Assembly (NCBI GenBank): GCA_964597585.1
Contig: CAZQYU010000001.1
Span: forward strand, 632-64,631
Length of the DNA stretch: 64,000 nucleotides
Source of the DNA: an uncultured Thermoanaerobaculia bacterium
GTDB taxonomy: Bacteria; Acidobacteriota; Thermoanaerobaculia; Thermoanaerobaculales; Sulfomarinibacteraceae
Direction of reading: 5' to 3'
Shown here: positions 30,610 to 39,337 of the stretch, one piece after another
Layout of the letters: each line of letters starts with the position of its first letter
How positions within the stretch are numbered: position 1 is the first letter of the stretch
Position numbers and translations under genes: made by a program
The notes under the pieces: model-generated
The model's database searches: none
Told to the model about the DNA's origin: nothing
The model's input: only the letters and a program-made list of their open reading frames with translations

Positions 30610-31608
30610 TCACCGCAGGGCGGGAGCTTCGTTGACCCGTGACGGGCCTTCATGCGGGAGCGAACGGTCGAGCTCTTCCCGCAGTCCGTCCGCGATGAGT
30701 GCCAGCCCGACCACGAGGGCGACGACGGCGAGGCCGGGCAGGGTCGCCAGCCACCAGGCATCGGACAGCACTCTCTGCCCGTCCGCCACCATGGAGCCCC
30801 AGGTCGGGACCGTGGGCGGCACGCCGAGGCCGAGGAAGGACAGGGTCGCCTCCGCAACCACCAGGTCGCCCATTCGAAGCGCGGCGTCCTGACCGACAGG
30901 ACCCGCGATATTGGGGAGGTAGTGCCGCCTCCACATGCCGAACCGGCGTGTGCCTGCGAGGCGGGCGGCAAGGACGAACGGGCGTGCGCGCAGCGCCATC
31001 ACCTGACCACGGACAAGCCTGGCGAGGCCCATCCACGACGTCAGGCCGAGCATGGCGACCAGGACACCGACGCTGGGCCGCACGAGGGTCGCGGCCAGAA
31101 TCATGAGGAACAGGACCGGGAACGCGAGCAGCGCATCCACCAGCCGCATGAGCACGCCGTCCACGACCGCGCCTCCGGTCGCCGCCATGAGACCGGCCGC
31201 AACACCGACCACCAAGGTCAGGAGCAGGCTTGAAGCGACGACCGCGAGCGATACCCTCCCGCCGCGCAGCAGGGCTGTCAGTACGTCGCGCCCGAGCAGG
31301 TCGGTGCCGAGCCAGTAGCGGTGGCTGCTACGACGTTGAATGCGATCTGCGGCAATGGCGAGCGGCTCACGACCTCCGTAGAGGATCACCACGTCGTCCC
31401 GCACCTCACAGCGGCGCGCAACCAGGGTCGAGCCTTCGACGGTCTCGATCACGTTGACCCGGGTCATCGGCGGCAGCAAGGAGCCCCGTACCGGGTCCGC
31501 AGCCGGCGGAGCGGACAACAGCCAGGGACCTGCGACACAGGCCACTGCGATGGTCGTCACCACGATCAGCCCGAAGAGCACCCGGCGGTTTCGGTGCCAG
31601 GAGCTCAC
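30610..31608 (-). CDS. ABC transporter permease (peptide/nickel type, DppC/OppC-like)
   Basis: The GTG at 31608 overlaps the stop of the upstream permease gene (GTGA). It has an N-terminal anchor and an EAA-like region. The 255-aa track extension is Arg/Pro-rich junk inside the neighbouring gene. Confidence 0.85.
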   Translation of the reverse strand: MSSWHRNRRVLFGLIVVTTIAVACVAGPWLLSAPPAADPVRGSLLPPMTRVNVIETVEGSTLVARRCEVRDDVVILYGGREPLAIAADRIQRRSSHRYWLGTDLLGRDVLTALLRGGRVSLAVVASSLLLTLVVGVAAGLMAATGGAVVDGVLMRLVDALLAFPVLFLMILAATLVRPSVGVLVAMLGLTSWMGLARLVRGQVMALRARPFVLAARLAGTRRFGMWRRHYLPNIAGPVGQDAALRMGDLVVAEATLSFLGLGVPPTVPTWGSMVADGQRVLSDAWWLATLPGLAVVALVVGLALIADGLREELDRSLPHEGPSRVNEAPALR

Positions 31609-32573
31609 TCGTGATCCCTTACCCGCGGATCGACCAGCCCGTACGCGATATCGGCGAGGAGGTTCCCGAGCACGACACCGACCGCACCGAGCAGGGTGAC
31701 GGCGAGCACCACCGGCACATCGCGGGCCCAGGCCGCGGTCCACAGAACGCGACCCATGCCGGGCAACGCGAAGATCACCTCGATTACGAGGGAGCCCGAG
31801 ACCAGCATGGGCAAGGACAGGCCGACCAGCGTCACGACCGGAAGCAGGGCGGGCCGCAGCGCGTGGACGAGCGCCAGGCGTCGCTCGCCGAGACCACGCG
31901 CCCGTGCGGCGACGAGGAACGGTGCCGACCGGATCTCGAGCAGGCTCGACCGAAGGTAGCGACTGGTTGATGCCGCCCCGACAACGCCGAGACATCCCGC
32001 GGGCAGGATCAGGTGGCGGAGAAGGTCGACCAGCCGCGCGGCGGGGGCCAACACGTCGGCCCCGACATCGTGAAGGTGAGACGCCGGCAGCCAGCCGAGA
32101 TGGATGGAGAACACCAGCACGGCGACACCGGCCAGCCAGAATGTCGGCATGCCCCACACGAACAGCGAGACGCCGGAAAGGGCTCGGTCCAGAGCGCCGT
32201 GGGGACGGCGCACCGACGCCAGGGCAATCACCAGCCCCAGCAGGAGGTCGATGGCGAGCGCGGTCGTGGCGAGCAGAACGGTGGCGGGAATGGCCTCGCC
32301 GACCACTTCGGCCACTGGCCTCCGGTACAGGAAGGACACGCCGAGATCGCCCTGGACGACGGCCTTTAGCCACAAGAGATACTGATGGTCCAGCGGCTGG
32401 TCCAGCCCGAAGCGATGGCGGATGATCTCGCGAGCGGCCGGAGTGAGCCGCGGGTTGTCGAGGGTCTCGGCGAAGCTTCCCGGTATCGCGTGGACTGCCA
32501 CGAAGGTGAGGGTGACAATCAGCCAGACCAGGGGAATGAGGGCGAGGCAGCGACCGAGCACCCGCCGGGTCAT
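31605..32573 (-). CDS. ABC transporter permease (DppB/OppB-like)
   Basis: 322 aa with a typical N-terminus, MTRRVLGRCLALIPLVWLIVTLTFVAVHAIPGSFAE. Confidence 0.9.
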   Translation of the reverse strand: MTRRVLGRCLALIPLVWLIVTLTFVAVHAIPGSFAETLDNPRLTPAAREIIRHRFGLDQPLDHQYLLWLKAVVQGDLGVSFLYRRPVAEVVGEAIPATVLLATTALAIDLLLGLVIALASVRRPHGALDRALSGVSLFVWGMPTFWLAGVAVLVFSIHLGWLPASHLHDVGADVLAPAARLVDLLRHLILPAGCLGVVGAASTSRYLRSSLLEIRSAPFLVAARARGLGERRLALVHALRPALLPVVTLVGLSLPMLVSGSLVIEVIFALPGMGRVLWTAAWARDVPVVLAVTLLGAVGVVLGNLLADIAYGLVDPRVRDHE

Positions 32574-32601
32574 ACCTGGCTCGACCCCACTCCCGAGCGG
32601 C

Positions 32602-34263
32602 TCACCGGCCCGACCCGGCAGAGGGACCGACCCACCACGACTCGATGTTGAAGTAGGGCGTGGCGTCGTTGATCACGGCACCTCGGACGCGGCGGTTGAC
32701 GGCGACGAGCCGCTCGGCCTCGTAGAGGAAGGTGTAGGGCTGATCGGCCACGATGTGCTCCTGGATCTCGAACAACAGCGGCTTCTGTGTCGCGGCATCG
32801 GGCGCCTCGGCAACCGCCTCGAGTAGGCGGTCGACCTCGGGGTTTGCGTAGCGTACGTAGTTGTAGGTCTCCTCGGGATCGTCAGAGCTGTGCCAGACAT
32901 CCCACAGGTCGACCTGGGTCCCCTCGCGCCAGGTCGAGACATAAGCTGCGAAATCACCGCGTTCCTGGCGGTCGAGCAGCGTTCCCCAATCGACAAAGCG
33001 CGGCTCGACGCGTACACCGACTCGGGCGAGATCGGCCGCCACGAGGAGGCACACATCCTGGCGTTGGTCGCTCTCGTGGTTGGTCAACAGCTCGACCTCG
33101 AAGCGGGTCCCGTCGGCCCGCTCGAGGACTCCGTCTCCATTGCCGTCATGCCACCCGGCCTCGGCGAGGATTCGGCGGGCGTCGTCCGGATTGAACGGCA
33201 GTGGTTCGAGCTCGGGGTCGAACGCCCACATTTCCGAGAGCACGGGGCCGATGCTCGGGCGCCCCCAGCCCCGCAGCACCGAGTCGACGATGGCCGCCCG
33301 GTTGATCGCCATGCCGAGGGCGCGGCGAACCCGTGGCTCCGCGAGCCTCGGGTCGCGGGTATTCCAGCCGACGTAGGTGTAGCTTCGGCCCGGTAGTGCG
33401 ATGAGCTCGATCCGGGAGTCGTTCGCGAGACGTTCGGCGTCACGGGGGGGAATGCCGGACAGCATGTCGATCTCACCCGAGCGGAGCTGGGTGACGAGCC
33501 CGCTCTGACTGGGGACGATCCGAAACACGACCCGATCCAGTCGTGGCAGGCCGTCATGCCAGTACGAAGGATTGCGCTCGAGCACGATCTCCTGTTGGGG
33601 CGCATGGCGCGCGAGCCTGAAGGGCCCCGCACTCGCAGCGTGCTCTGTCCAGTCCGTTTCCGGCCATTGCTCGAAGGGGATCGCTCGCCAGAGGTGGGCG
33701 GGGACGATGGGTCCATCGTTGGCGTCCATCATCTGGTATGGGTACACCCGGGCAAACCGGAACTGGACGGTGTGCCGGTCGATCGCTTCGACCGCAGTGA
33801 TCTCGGCCTTGATGGTTGCACCCGACCAGGCGATCTCGGGAGCGGTCTGGACCTTCCACGAGAACAGCACATCCTCAGAGGTAACGGGCTCGCCATCGTC
33901 CCAGCGCGCGCGCTCGTCGAGGTGGAAGGTGAGGCTGCGGTGGTCAGCAGACCACTCCCATGACCGCGCGAGCCCCGGAGCGAAGGACGGGGGATGCTCG
34001 AGGTAGTCCACCTGCTCCACCGCGAGTGTGGGGTAGAGCAGCGACAGGATATCTTCTCCGAACGCGGTCTCGTCGAGGTAGGGGTTCCAGTTCTGGACGT
34101 CGGAAGGCACGCCCACGACGACGCTGCCACCCCGGCTGGGAGCATCCGTCCGAGCGGCCCTGGCGTCAACATCGGTTCGCCCGCCTCCGCAGGCCGCCAC
34201 GACCGAGGCGAGGATCAGGCACGAGAAGACCTTGGCTCGGATCATGCCACCCCCGATTTCCAT
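32602..34263 (-). CDS. ABC transporter substrate-binding lipoprotein (family 5, peptide/nickel)
   Basis: Lipobox LASVVAAC. The size (about 550 aa) and overall sequence fit SBP_bac_5. It is the first gene of the SBP-permease-permease set. Confidence 0.9.
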   Translation of the reverse strand: MEIGGGMIRAKVFSCLILASVVAACGGGRTDVDARAARTDAPSRGGSVVVGVPSDVQNWNPYLDETAFGEDILSLLYPTLAVEQVDYLEHPPSFAPGLARSWEWSADHRSLTFHLDERARWDDGEPVTSEDVLFSWKVQTAPEIAWSGATIKAEITAVEAIDRHTVQFRFARVYPYQMMDANDGPIVPAHLWRAIPFEQWPETDWTEHAASAGPFRLARHAPQQEIVLERNPSYWHDGLPRLDRVVFRIVPSQSGLVTQLRSGEIDMLSGIPPRDAERLANDSRIELIALPGRSYTYVGWNTRDPRLAEPRVRRALGMAINRAAIVDSVLRGWGRPSIGPVLSEMWAFDPELEPLPFNPDDARRILAEAGWHDGNGDGVLERADGTRFEVELLTNHESDQRQDVCLLVAADLARVGVRVEPRFVDWGTLLDRQERGDFAAYVSTWREGTQVDLWDVWHSSDDPEETYNYVRYANPEVDRLLEAVAEAPDAATQKPLLFEIQEHIVADQPYTFLYEAERLVAVNRRVRGAVINDATPYFNIESWWVGPSAGSGR

Positions 34264-34353
34264 CGTAGCCTGCGCGTCTCACCACGTCACGTCACGGGGG
34301 CGTTGAGATGCCTGTCAGCTCGGGCGTGGGGGAGGGGAGGCGGTCGGCGACCG

Positions 34354-34950
34354 TCACCACTCGACGGCGACAGTGCGCGGCTTGCCTCCAAAACGGGATA
34401 CCAACACGCTGCGGTTCCGCTTTCCGTGCGCGTAGAGATCCCGCGTGACGCGGACGTCGTCTCGACAGTAGTCGATGATCTTGTCGATCTCACCGAGCCG
34501 CCACCACTCGAGGGCTTGGAGACCGTCGGCGGACTTGCCCTCACCGAGAGTCGGCGCCGCGACGCTCTCGAGCTTCGGCCGGAAACCGAGCCGGCCCTCG
34601 AGGTCCAACATCAGGTCGAAGGTCGGGAGCTGCTGGAGGTCGCGGTCTGTGTAGGCGCGCAGAACCTCGTAGTCGAAGCCGCGGATGTTGTAACCGACCA
34701 CCAGGTGCGCTCGACCGAGCAGCTCGATGAGTTCGGGCATCTGGTCCTCGGTGTAGACCAGGAACTCATCATGGTCGAAGCGATAGGCGACACCAACCGA
34801 GACACCGAGACGGTGCAGCTGTGTCCGTCCACCGACATCTTCGAAGGAACGTTGGGTCTCGAGGTCGAAGACGACGACCAAGCGATCCCGGGGAACCTCG
34901 CGTTCCGGGTTGTCCTCGAAGAGGCCCATCTGGCCGTTCCAGGTCTCCAC
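34354..34950 (-). CDS. RNase H-like fold 3'-5' exonuclease domain protein
   Basis: DEDD-type motifs are VVFDLET, VGYNIRGFDYEVL and IIDYCRDDVRVT. The start is GTG 34950 or ATG 34929. Confidence 0.65.
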   Translation of the reverse strand: METWNGQMGLFEDNPEREVPRDRLVVVFDLETQRSFEDVGGRTQLHRLGVSVGVAYRFDHDEFLVYTEDQMPELIELLGRAHLVVGYNIRGFDYEVLRAYTDRDLQQLPTFDLMLDLEGRLGFRPKLESVAAPTLGEGKSADGLQALEWWRLGEIDKIIDYCRDDVRVTRDLYAHGKRNRSVLVSRFGGKPRTVAVEW

Positions 34951-35011
34951 CGCGTCGCCTCCGACCTGCGTCGATCCTGTTCGTTACGAGGCCGGAGTGT
35001 AGCATGGCGTC

Positions 35012-35680
35012 ATGGACTCGACCTGGCATCCGCCCTTTGCCATCAGCCAACCCGGCGGTGCTCCTTCGGGCTCCGCGGAGTGGGCGTACGGACACGTCCG
35101 GCTGTGGGTACGGCTGGTGATCGAACCGTGGGTCGTCGTGCGCGAGGGCCATCTCCACCTCGTACGACCCCTGGCCAGTGGCGGGTCATTCGCAGTCGTG
35201 GATCTCTCTCGCCGACCGCTGGTCGTGGTCCCTGACCGAATGGAACCCGAGGGCCTTCGGGAGCAGATCGCTGCGTCCATCGAAATGTGGCTTCGCGCCT
35301 GGCGGCCTACTTTCTGGAGGCTGCCCGAGCTCGACGTCGTGTCCGAGCTCGGGGAGAGTGAAGCCCGCTTCCGTCGCAGGGTTCAGGGCGTGCTCCAACC
35401 GGAGCTGCAGAGGCATCTGGACCACCTTCAGGCGCCGCCGCTGTCGCGCCTGCCCTCGCGGCGGCGGTCGCAGCTCGAACGGCGGCGGGTGGCTCGAGAA
35501 CAGATCGCCGGGGCGCTGAGCCGGGTGATGGGTCCTCTCGAGCCATGGACGGTCGAAGATGCCGTCAACTGCGTGCGATCCCTTGAAGCCGGTCTCCTGC
35601 TCGCGAACCAGGAACTGTTGCCATCCGATCACCCGCCATCCCCCCGGCAACCGGTGGTTCCCCGGGAAAGTAGCTCGTGA
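35012..35680 (+). CDS. Hypothetical protein
   Basis: 222-aa ORF in a GC3-rich frame, divergent from the exonuclease gene across a 61-nt gap. I recognise no motif. Confidence 0.4.
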   Translation: MDSTWHPPFAISQPGGAPSGSAEWAYGHVRLWVRLVIEPWVVVREGHLHLVRPLASGGSFAVVDLSRRPLVVVPDRMEPEGLREQIAASIEMWLRAWRPTFWRLPELDVVSELGESEARFRRRVQGVLQPELQRHLDHLQAPPLSRLPSRRRSQLERRRVAREQIAGALSRVMGPLEPWTVEDAVNCVRSLEAGLLLANQELLPSDHPPSPRQPVVPRESSS

Positions 35681-35780
35681 CGGCGCTGGCCAGGGCCCTC
35701 CTCCCGCCGAAGAGAGGGGGGTCATGACGCGGGAGAGGTCCGTAGACCACGCGACTCGGGCGCGATGAACGATCACCAAT

Positions 35781-35840
35781 CCCAAAAACTATTCATGATA
35801 TATATAGTTTATCTCATGTAGTGTGATATATCTGGTCATG
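35781..35840. promoter_or_regulatory. AT-rich island (about 30% GC) upstream of scpA containing two TGATATAT copies
   Basis: The sequence is cccaaaaactattcatgatatatatagtttatctcatgtagtgtgatatatctggtcatg. TGATATAT occurs at 35796-35803 and 35824-35831. A -10-like TATAGT lies at 35803-35808. Confidence 0.4.
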
Positions 35841-35856
35841 CCAGACGCGGTTTCCG

Positions 35857-36696
35857 GTGGGGCGACTGTCGGCTATACTCCACCGCGTCATGAGGGAAGA
35901 GTCGACACAGACGCGCGAAGGCACTGACGAGCGGCCTGTTCTGCCGGTCGATCTGCCCGCGTTCTCGGGTCCTCTCGATCTGCTCCTCCACCTGGTGCGA
36001 CGCAACAAGGTGGACATTACCGATATCCCGATCGTCGACATCTGTGACCAGTACCACGCGACGCTCCGCGCCATGGCGGAGCTCGACCTCGAGGTCGCCG
36101 GCGAGTTTCTGTGGATGGCCTCGTGGCTGCTCTATTTGAAGTCCAGAACGCTGCTCCCGACGGCGAGTGAGGAGGGCGTCGCCGATCCCCGGGCGGAGCT
36201 GGTCGAGAGACTCCTGGAGTACCGTCGAGTCAAGGAGATGGCCGCAGTCCTGTACGAGCATGATGTGGTCCGCCGCTGCCTGTGGGGACCTGTCCTGGAG
36301 CCAACGATGACCGGCCCGCGGGAGATCGAGCTCGATTGGGAGGACGTCGATCTCCGCATCCTCGCCCTGAGCTACCTTGAGGCGCTCCAGCGGTTCGCGG
36401 TCGCGAATCCGCCACCGATGCGGGTTGCGCCGCTCCGGTTCACGGTGGGGGAGAAGATGCGCGAGCTGTACCGCCGCGTGCTCGAGGAGAAGATGCTCCC
36501 GTTGCGCCGGCTTCTTCGCGGGCGCGGCGACGCGGAAGAGGTGGTCACACTGGTGGTGGCCGCCCTCGAGCTCGCACGGCTCGGAGGCATCGTCGCCGAC
36601 CAGCGGCGGGCGTTCGCCGAGATCTACCTTCGGCCGGGCGCGCGGACCCTCGACGTCGATGCCCTGCTGCAAGAGGGGATAGCCGGTGGATCATGA
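35857..36696 (+). CDS. scpA: Segregation and condensation protein A
   Basis: FSGPLDLLLHLVRRNKVDITDIPIVDICDQY and EFLWMASWLLYLKSRTLLP are kleisin ScpA signatures. The start is GTG 35857 or ATG 35890. Confidence 0.9.
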   Translation: MGRLSAILHRVMREESTQTREGTDERPVLPVDLPAFSGPLDLLLHLVRRNKVDITDIPIVDICDQYHATLRAMAELDLEVAGEFLWMASWLLYLKSRTLLPTASEEGVADPRAELVERLLEYRRVKEMAAVLYEHDVVRRCLWGPVLEPTMTGPREIELDWEDVDLRILALSYLEALQRFAVANPPPMRVAPLRFTVGEKMRELYRRVLEEKMLPLRRLLRGRGDAEEVVTLVVAALELARLGGIVADQRRAFAEIYLRPGARTLDVDALLQEGIAGGS

Positions 36697-37234
36697 CACG
36701 CTGAGCGCGGTGGTCGAAGGTGTGCTGCTCACCTCGCGCGCGCCGGTGACGGCGGCAGCTGTTGCCGAGGCAATCGCCGAGGAGAGCGTCACCGGCGAAC
36801 ATGTCGAGCATGTGCTCAGTGAGCTCAGCGAGCTGTGGTCCGGAGCGGGCCGTGGCCTCCACCTCGAGCGCGTCGCCGGAGGTTGGAGGGTGGTCACGCC
36901 GCCGCAGATCGACCCCTACCTGCAAGCTTTCCACGGCCTCAAGGCCCGCCAGCGCCTGTCGCAGGCCGCGCTGGAAACCCTGGCGATTGTCGCCCATCGC
37001 CAGCCGGTGACGCTGCCCGAGGTCAACTTCATCCGTGGCACGAACTCGGCCGCGGTGATGCGGACGCTGTTCGATCGGGGGCTGGTTCGCCTCGCCGGCC
37101 GCAAGGCCGTGGTCGGCAAGCCCTTCCTCTATCGGACCACCAAGGACTTCCTGGTCCACTTCGGCCTGGATCGGATCGAGGACCTCCCGGAACCGGAGAG
37201 CCTGGTGCAGGAGGACTCCACCCTGGCCGAATGA
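36686..37234 (+). CDS. scpB: Segregation and condensation protein B
   Basis: ScpB signatures are VEGVLLTSRAPV, LSQAALETLAIVAHRQPVTLPEVNFIRG and FLYRTTKDFLVHFGL. It overlaps scpA by 11 nt. Confidence 0.9.
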   Translation: MDHDTLSAVVEGVLLTSRAPVTAAAVAEAIAEESVTGEHVEHVLSELSELWSGAGRGLHLERVAGGWRVVTPPQIDPYLQAFHGLKARQRLSQAALETLAIVAHRQPVTLPEVNFIRGTNSAAVMRTLFDRGLVRLAGRKAVVGKPFLYRTTKDFLVHFGLDRIEDLPEPESLVQEDSTLAE

Positions 37235-37363
37235 GCGGGGCGCTCAGTGAACGCGTTGCTCCCACGGCCCCGTGAAGTCCGCCCATTCGCGGGAACCCGC
37301 CGTCCGACGGCGCGTCGAAAGGAGCGCTGCGGCGACCGTGATGCTGTGTCCGCGGGCGGCTCC

Positions 37364-37960
37364 TCACCGTCCGAGAAGCGGTGACGGACCGCGGAGCGGC
37401 GTCACCTGGCCGGGTCGGTCCGGCCACAGGGCGCGTCCGAGGTCGAAGGCGAGGCCCCTCACCTTCTGTTCGAGTCGCTGGACCTCGAGCGTGCGTGCCG
37501 CGTCGGCCCATATCCAACCGGCGAGCAGAGTTGCGGCGCCCAGCGGCAGCCCGGCAAGCCAACCCCCGGTGAGCCATACCGTGACGGCGAGCACGATCAC
37601 GCCGGCCGCCCCGGCTGCATGGGCCTCGTGGGTCTCGTGCGGTGTGCAGGTCACGGCGACCTCGCCGCCCTCCGGTGAGGTCTCGAGCGCCACCGCGGCA
37701 CTCTCGTCCACCTCTCGAGCGATGAGCCCGTAGACCCGGGTCCGTCCGGAGAGCTCAACGGCCCAACTCAGGCCGCCGCGACGCTGAGCGGCTAGGTGGG
37801 ACGCGGCAAGTGCCGTCTGGACGCGGTCCGCGGCGTCGAACGGAAGGGGAGCGTCCAGGACGACGTAACGCACCGAGAGCGCCGACGCCGGTGCCCGCCG
37901 GGCAATCTCGGGAATCCAACGCATCACTGCCAGGGTAGCGTCCACTTCTCGCCACGTCAC
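37364..37960 (-). CDS. Hypothetical membrane protein
   Basis: 198 aa in a GC3-rich frame, with two adjacent hydrophobic helices (GVIVLAVTVWLTGGWLAGLPLGAATLLAGWIW). Confidence 0.45.
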   Translation of the reverse strand: MTWREVDATLAVMRWIPEIARRAPASALSVRYVVLDAPLPFDAADRVQTALAASHLAAQRRGGLSWAVELSGRTRVYGLIAREVDESAAVALETSPEGGEVAVTCTPHETHEAHAAGAAGVIVLAVTVWLTGGWLAGLPLGAATLLAGWIWADAARTLEVQRLEQKVRGLAFDLGRALWPDRPGQVTPLRGPSPLLGR

Positions 37961-38189
37961 GTTTCGACGAGTGCGCTATGCTCGCCGCGTGAGACCAGAG
38001 GTGCACGAGCACGGCATGACGCCCACCGTTGTTCCATCTCGGGGTCAATGATGTTCCCAGGCAGCCACACCTTGCGAACGGCGCTCTTCGGCGCGGTCTC
38101 ATCGCGAGTCAGGCGAATCACCACGTCCGGACGCCCGCAGCCGCAGCGCGGCGAGCGTGCCTCGCAGCCGCTCGAGGAGGAATGACCCC

Positions 38190-39284
38190 GTGACACCGAC
38201 CGCTGCAGTGACTTCACTCCTCGGGCGCGCGACGGCTGCCGGCCTTCTCCCCGGAGCGGTCGCCAGCTGGCGAGTGGGGCGGAACGACGCCTGCGGCGCA
38301 ACCTCGGGTTGGGCACGGCTCAGACCCCACGCGGAGCCGATCCGCTCGTCCCACTGGTTCGACCTTGCCTCACTCACGAAGCCGCTGGTGACCGCGACGC
38401 TCGTTCTGATCGCACGGCGTCGCGGTCTGATCGACCTTTCGTCCCCTCTGGGCGATGTTCTTCCGGGTGCCGGCAGGATCGGGTCCGCGACAATCCTCGA
38501 GCTACTGACCCATACCTCCGGTCTTCCTGCATGGCTGCCGGTTCCGACCCTGACCCACGGTGACCCGGCGCGCGTCCTGGAACGCCTGCTGCAGGTCGAG
38601 CCCGTGACCCGCCCGGGAGCGGCGGTGGTCTACTCCTGCGTCGGCTTCCTGCTCCTCGGCGCAGCCGTCGAGCGATGCATGGGCACCGATGTGGCCAGCG
38701 CATTCCGGACCGAGATCGCGCAACCGCTGGGCCTGGCCGACGAGCTCGACTTCGGTCCCGACCCGGCGGCCCGAAGGCTCGTCGCCGGCGCCGCCGATGC
38801 GCGTTGGGAGCGGCGGCTCGCGAGGGAGTTCGGGCTCGCCGGTGACGCGATCCCGGATCCGGCGCCGGGCCTGCCCGACGACGGCAACGCGAGGTTCCTC
38901 GGCGGCACGGCTGGCAACGCCGGACTCTTCGGGACCGCTGCCGGTGTGCTCGCCCTCGCCGGTGCCTGGCTGGAGCCTGGCCGCTTGCTGGCGCGAGAGG
39001 AGATCGAGCTCGCCACCCGCAACCACACTCCGGGCCTCGAGCAGGCTCGCGGACTCGGATGGCAGCTTGCGGCGAGCCCCGGATGCTCCGCCGGTCCAGC
39101 TCTCGGCGCAACCGCCTTCGGTCACACAGGTTTCACCGGGACCTCGGTGTGGGTCGATCCGACGAAGCGGGCGATTCTGGTCCTGCTCGGCAACCGCCAC
39201 CACCCGATACCGAGGCCAGTCGATCTCCATCCCCTGCGTCGCCGGTTCCACCGCCTCGCCTGCGCAGCCTCCGGCCGTTCGTGA
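38190..39284 (+). CDS. Serine hydrolase, beta-lactamase/transpeptidase-like family
   Basis: The SxxK motif is in FDLASLTKPLV. GTG 38190 has GAGGAGGA about 9 nt upstream. HTGFTGTS lies near the C-terminus. Confidence 0.8.
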   Translation: MTPTAAVTSLLGRATAAGLLPGAVASWRVGRNDACGATSGWARLRPHAEPIRSSHWFDLASLTKPLVTATLVLIARRRGLIDLSSPLGDVLPGAGRIGSATILELLTHTSGLPAWLPVPTLTHGDPARVLERLLQVEPVTRPGAAVVYSCVGFLLLGAAVERCMGTDVASAFRTEIAQPLGLADELDFGPDPAARRLVAGAADARWERRLAREFGLAGDAIPDPAPGLPDDGNARFLGGTAGNAGLFGTAAGVLALAGAWLEPGRLLAREEIELATRNHTPGLEQARGLGWQLAASPGCSAGPALGATAFGHTGFTGTSVWVDPTKRAILVLLGNRHHPIPRPVDLHPLRRRFHRLACAASGRS

Positions 39285-39337
39285 TCGCGCCATCGCACGT
39301 CGTGAGAAGGCTGGTTGCCAAGAACGTGTCGCGCGGG

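Noticed and set aside
35795-35821. 8-codon mini-ORF in the AT island (ATG ATA TAT ATA GTT TAT CTC ATG TAG, reading MIYIVYLM), considered as a possible leader peptide
   Set aside because: There is no Shine-Dalgarno sequence upstream and no obvious attenuator hairpins. The downstream gene (scpA) has no link to Ile, Val or Tyr supply. It most likely reflects AT-rich sequence by chance.
38051-38185. 45-codon GC3-rich upstream ORF (MMFPGSHTLRTALFG...) ending 5 nt before the serine hydrolase start
   Set aside because: It is the tail of a longer shadow ORF, with no RBS and no recognisable features. There is not enough evidence to call a small protein.
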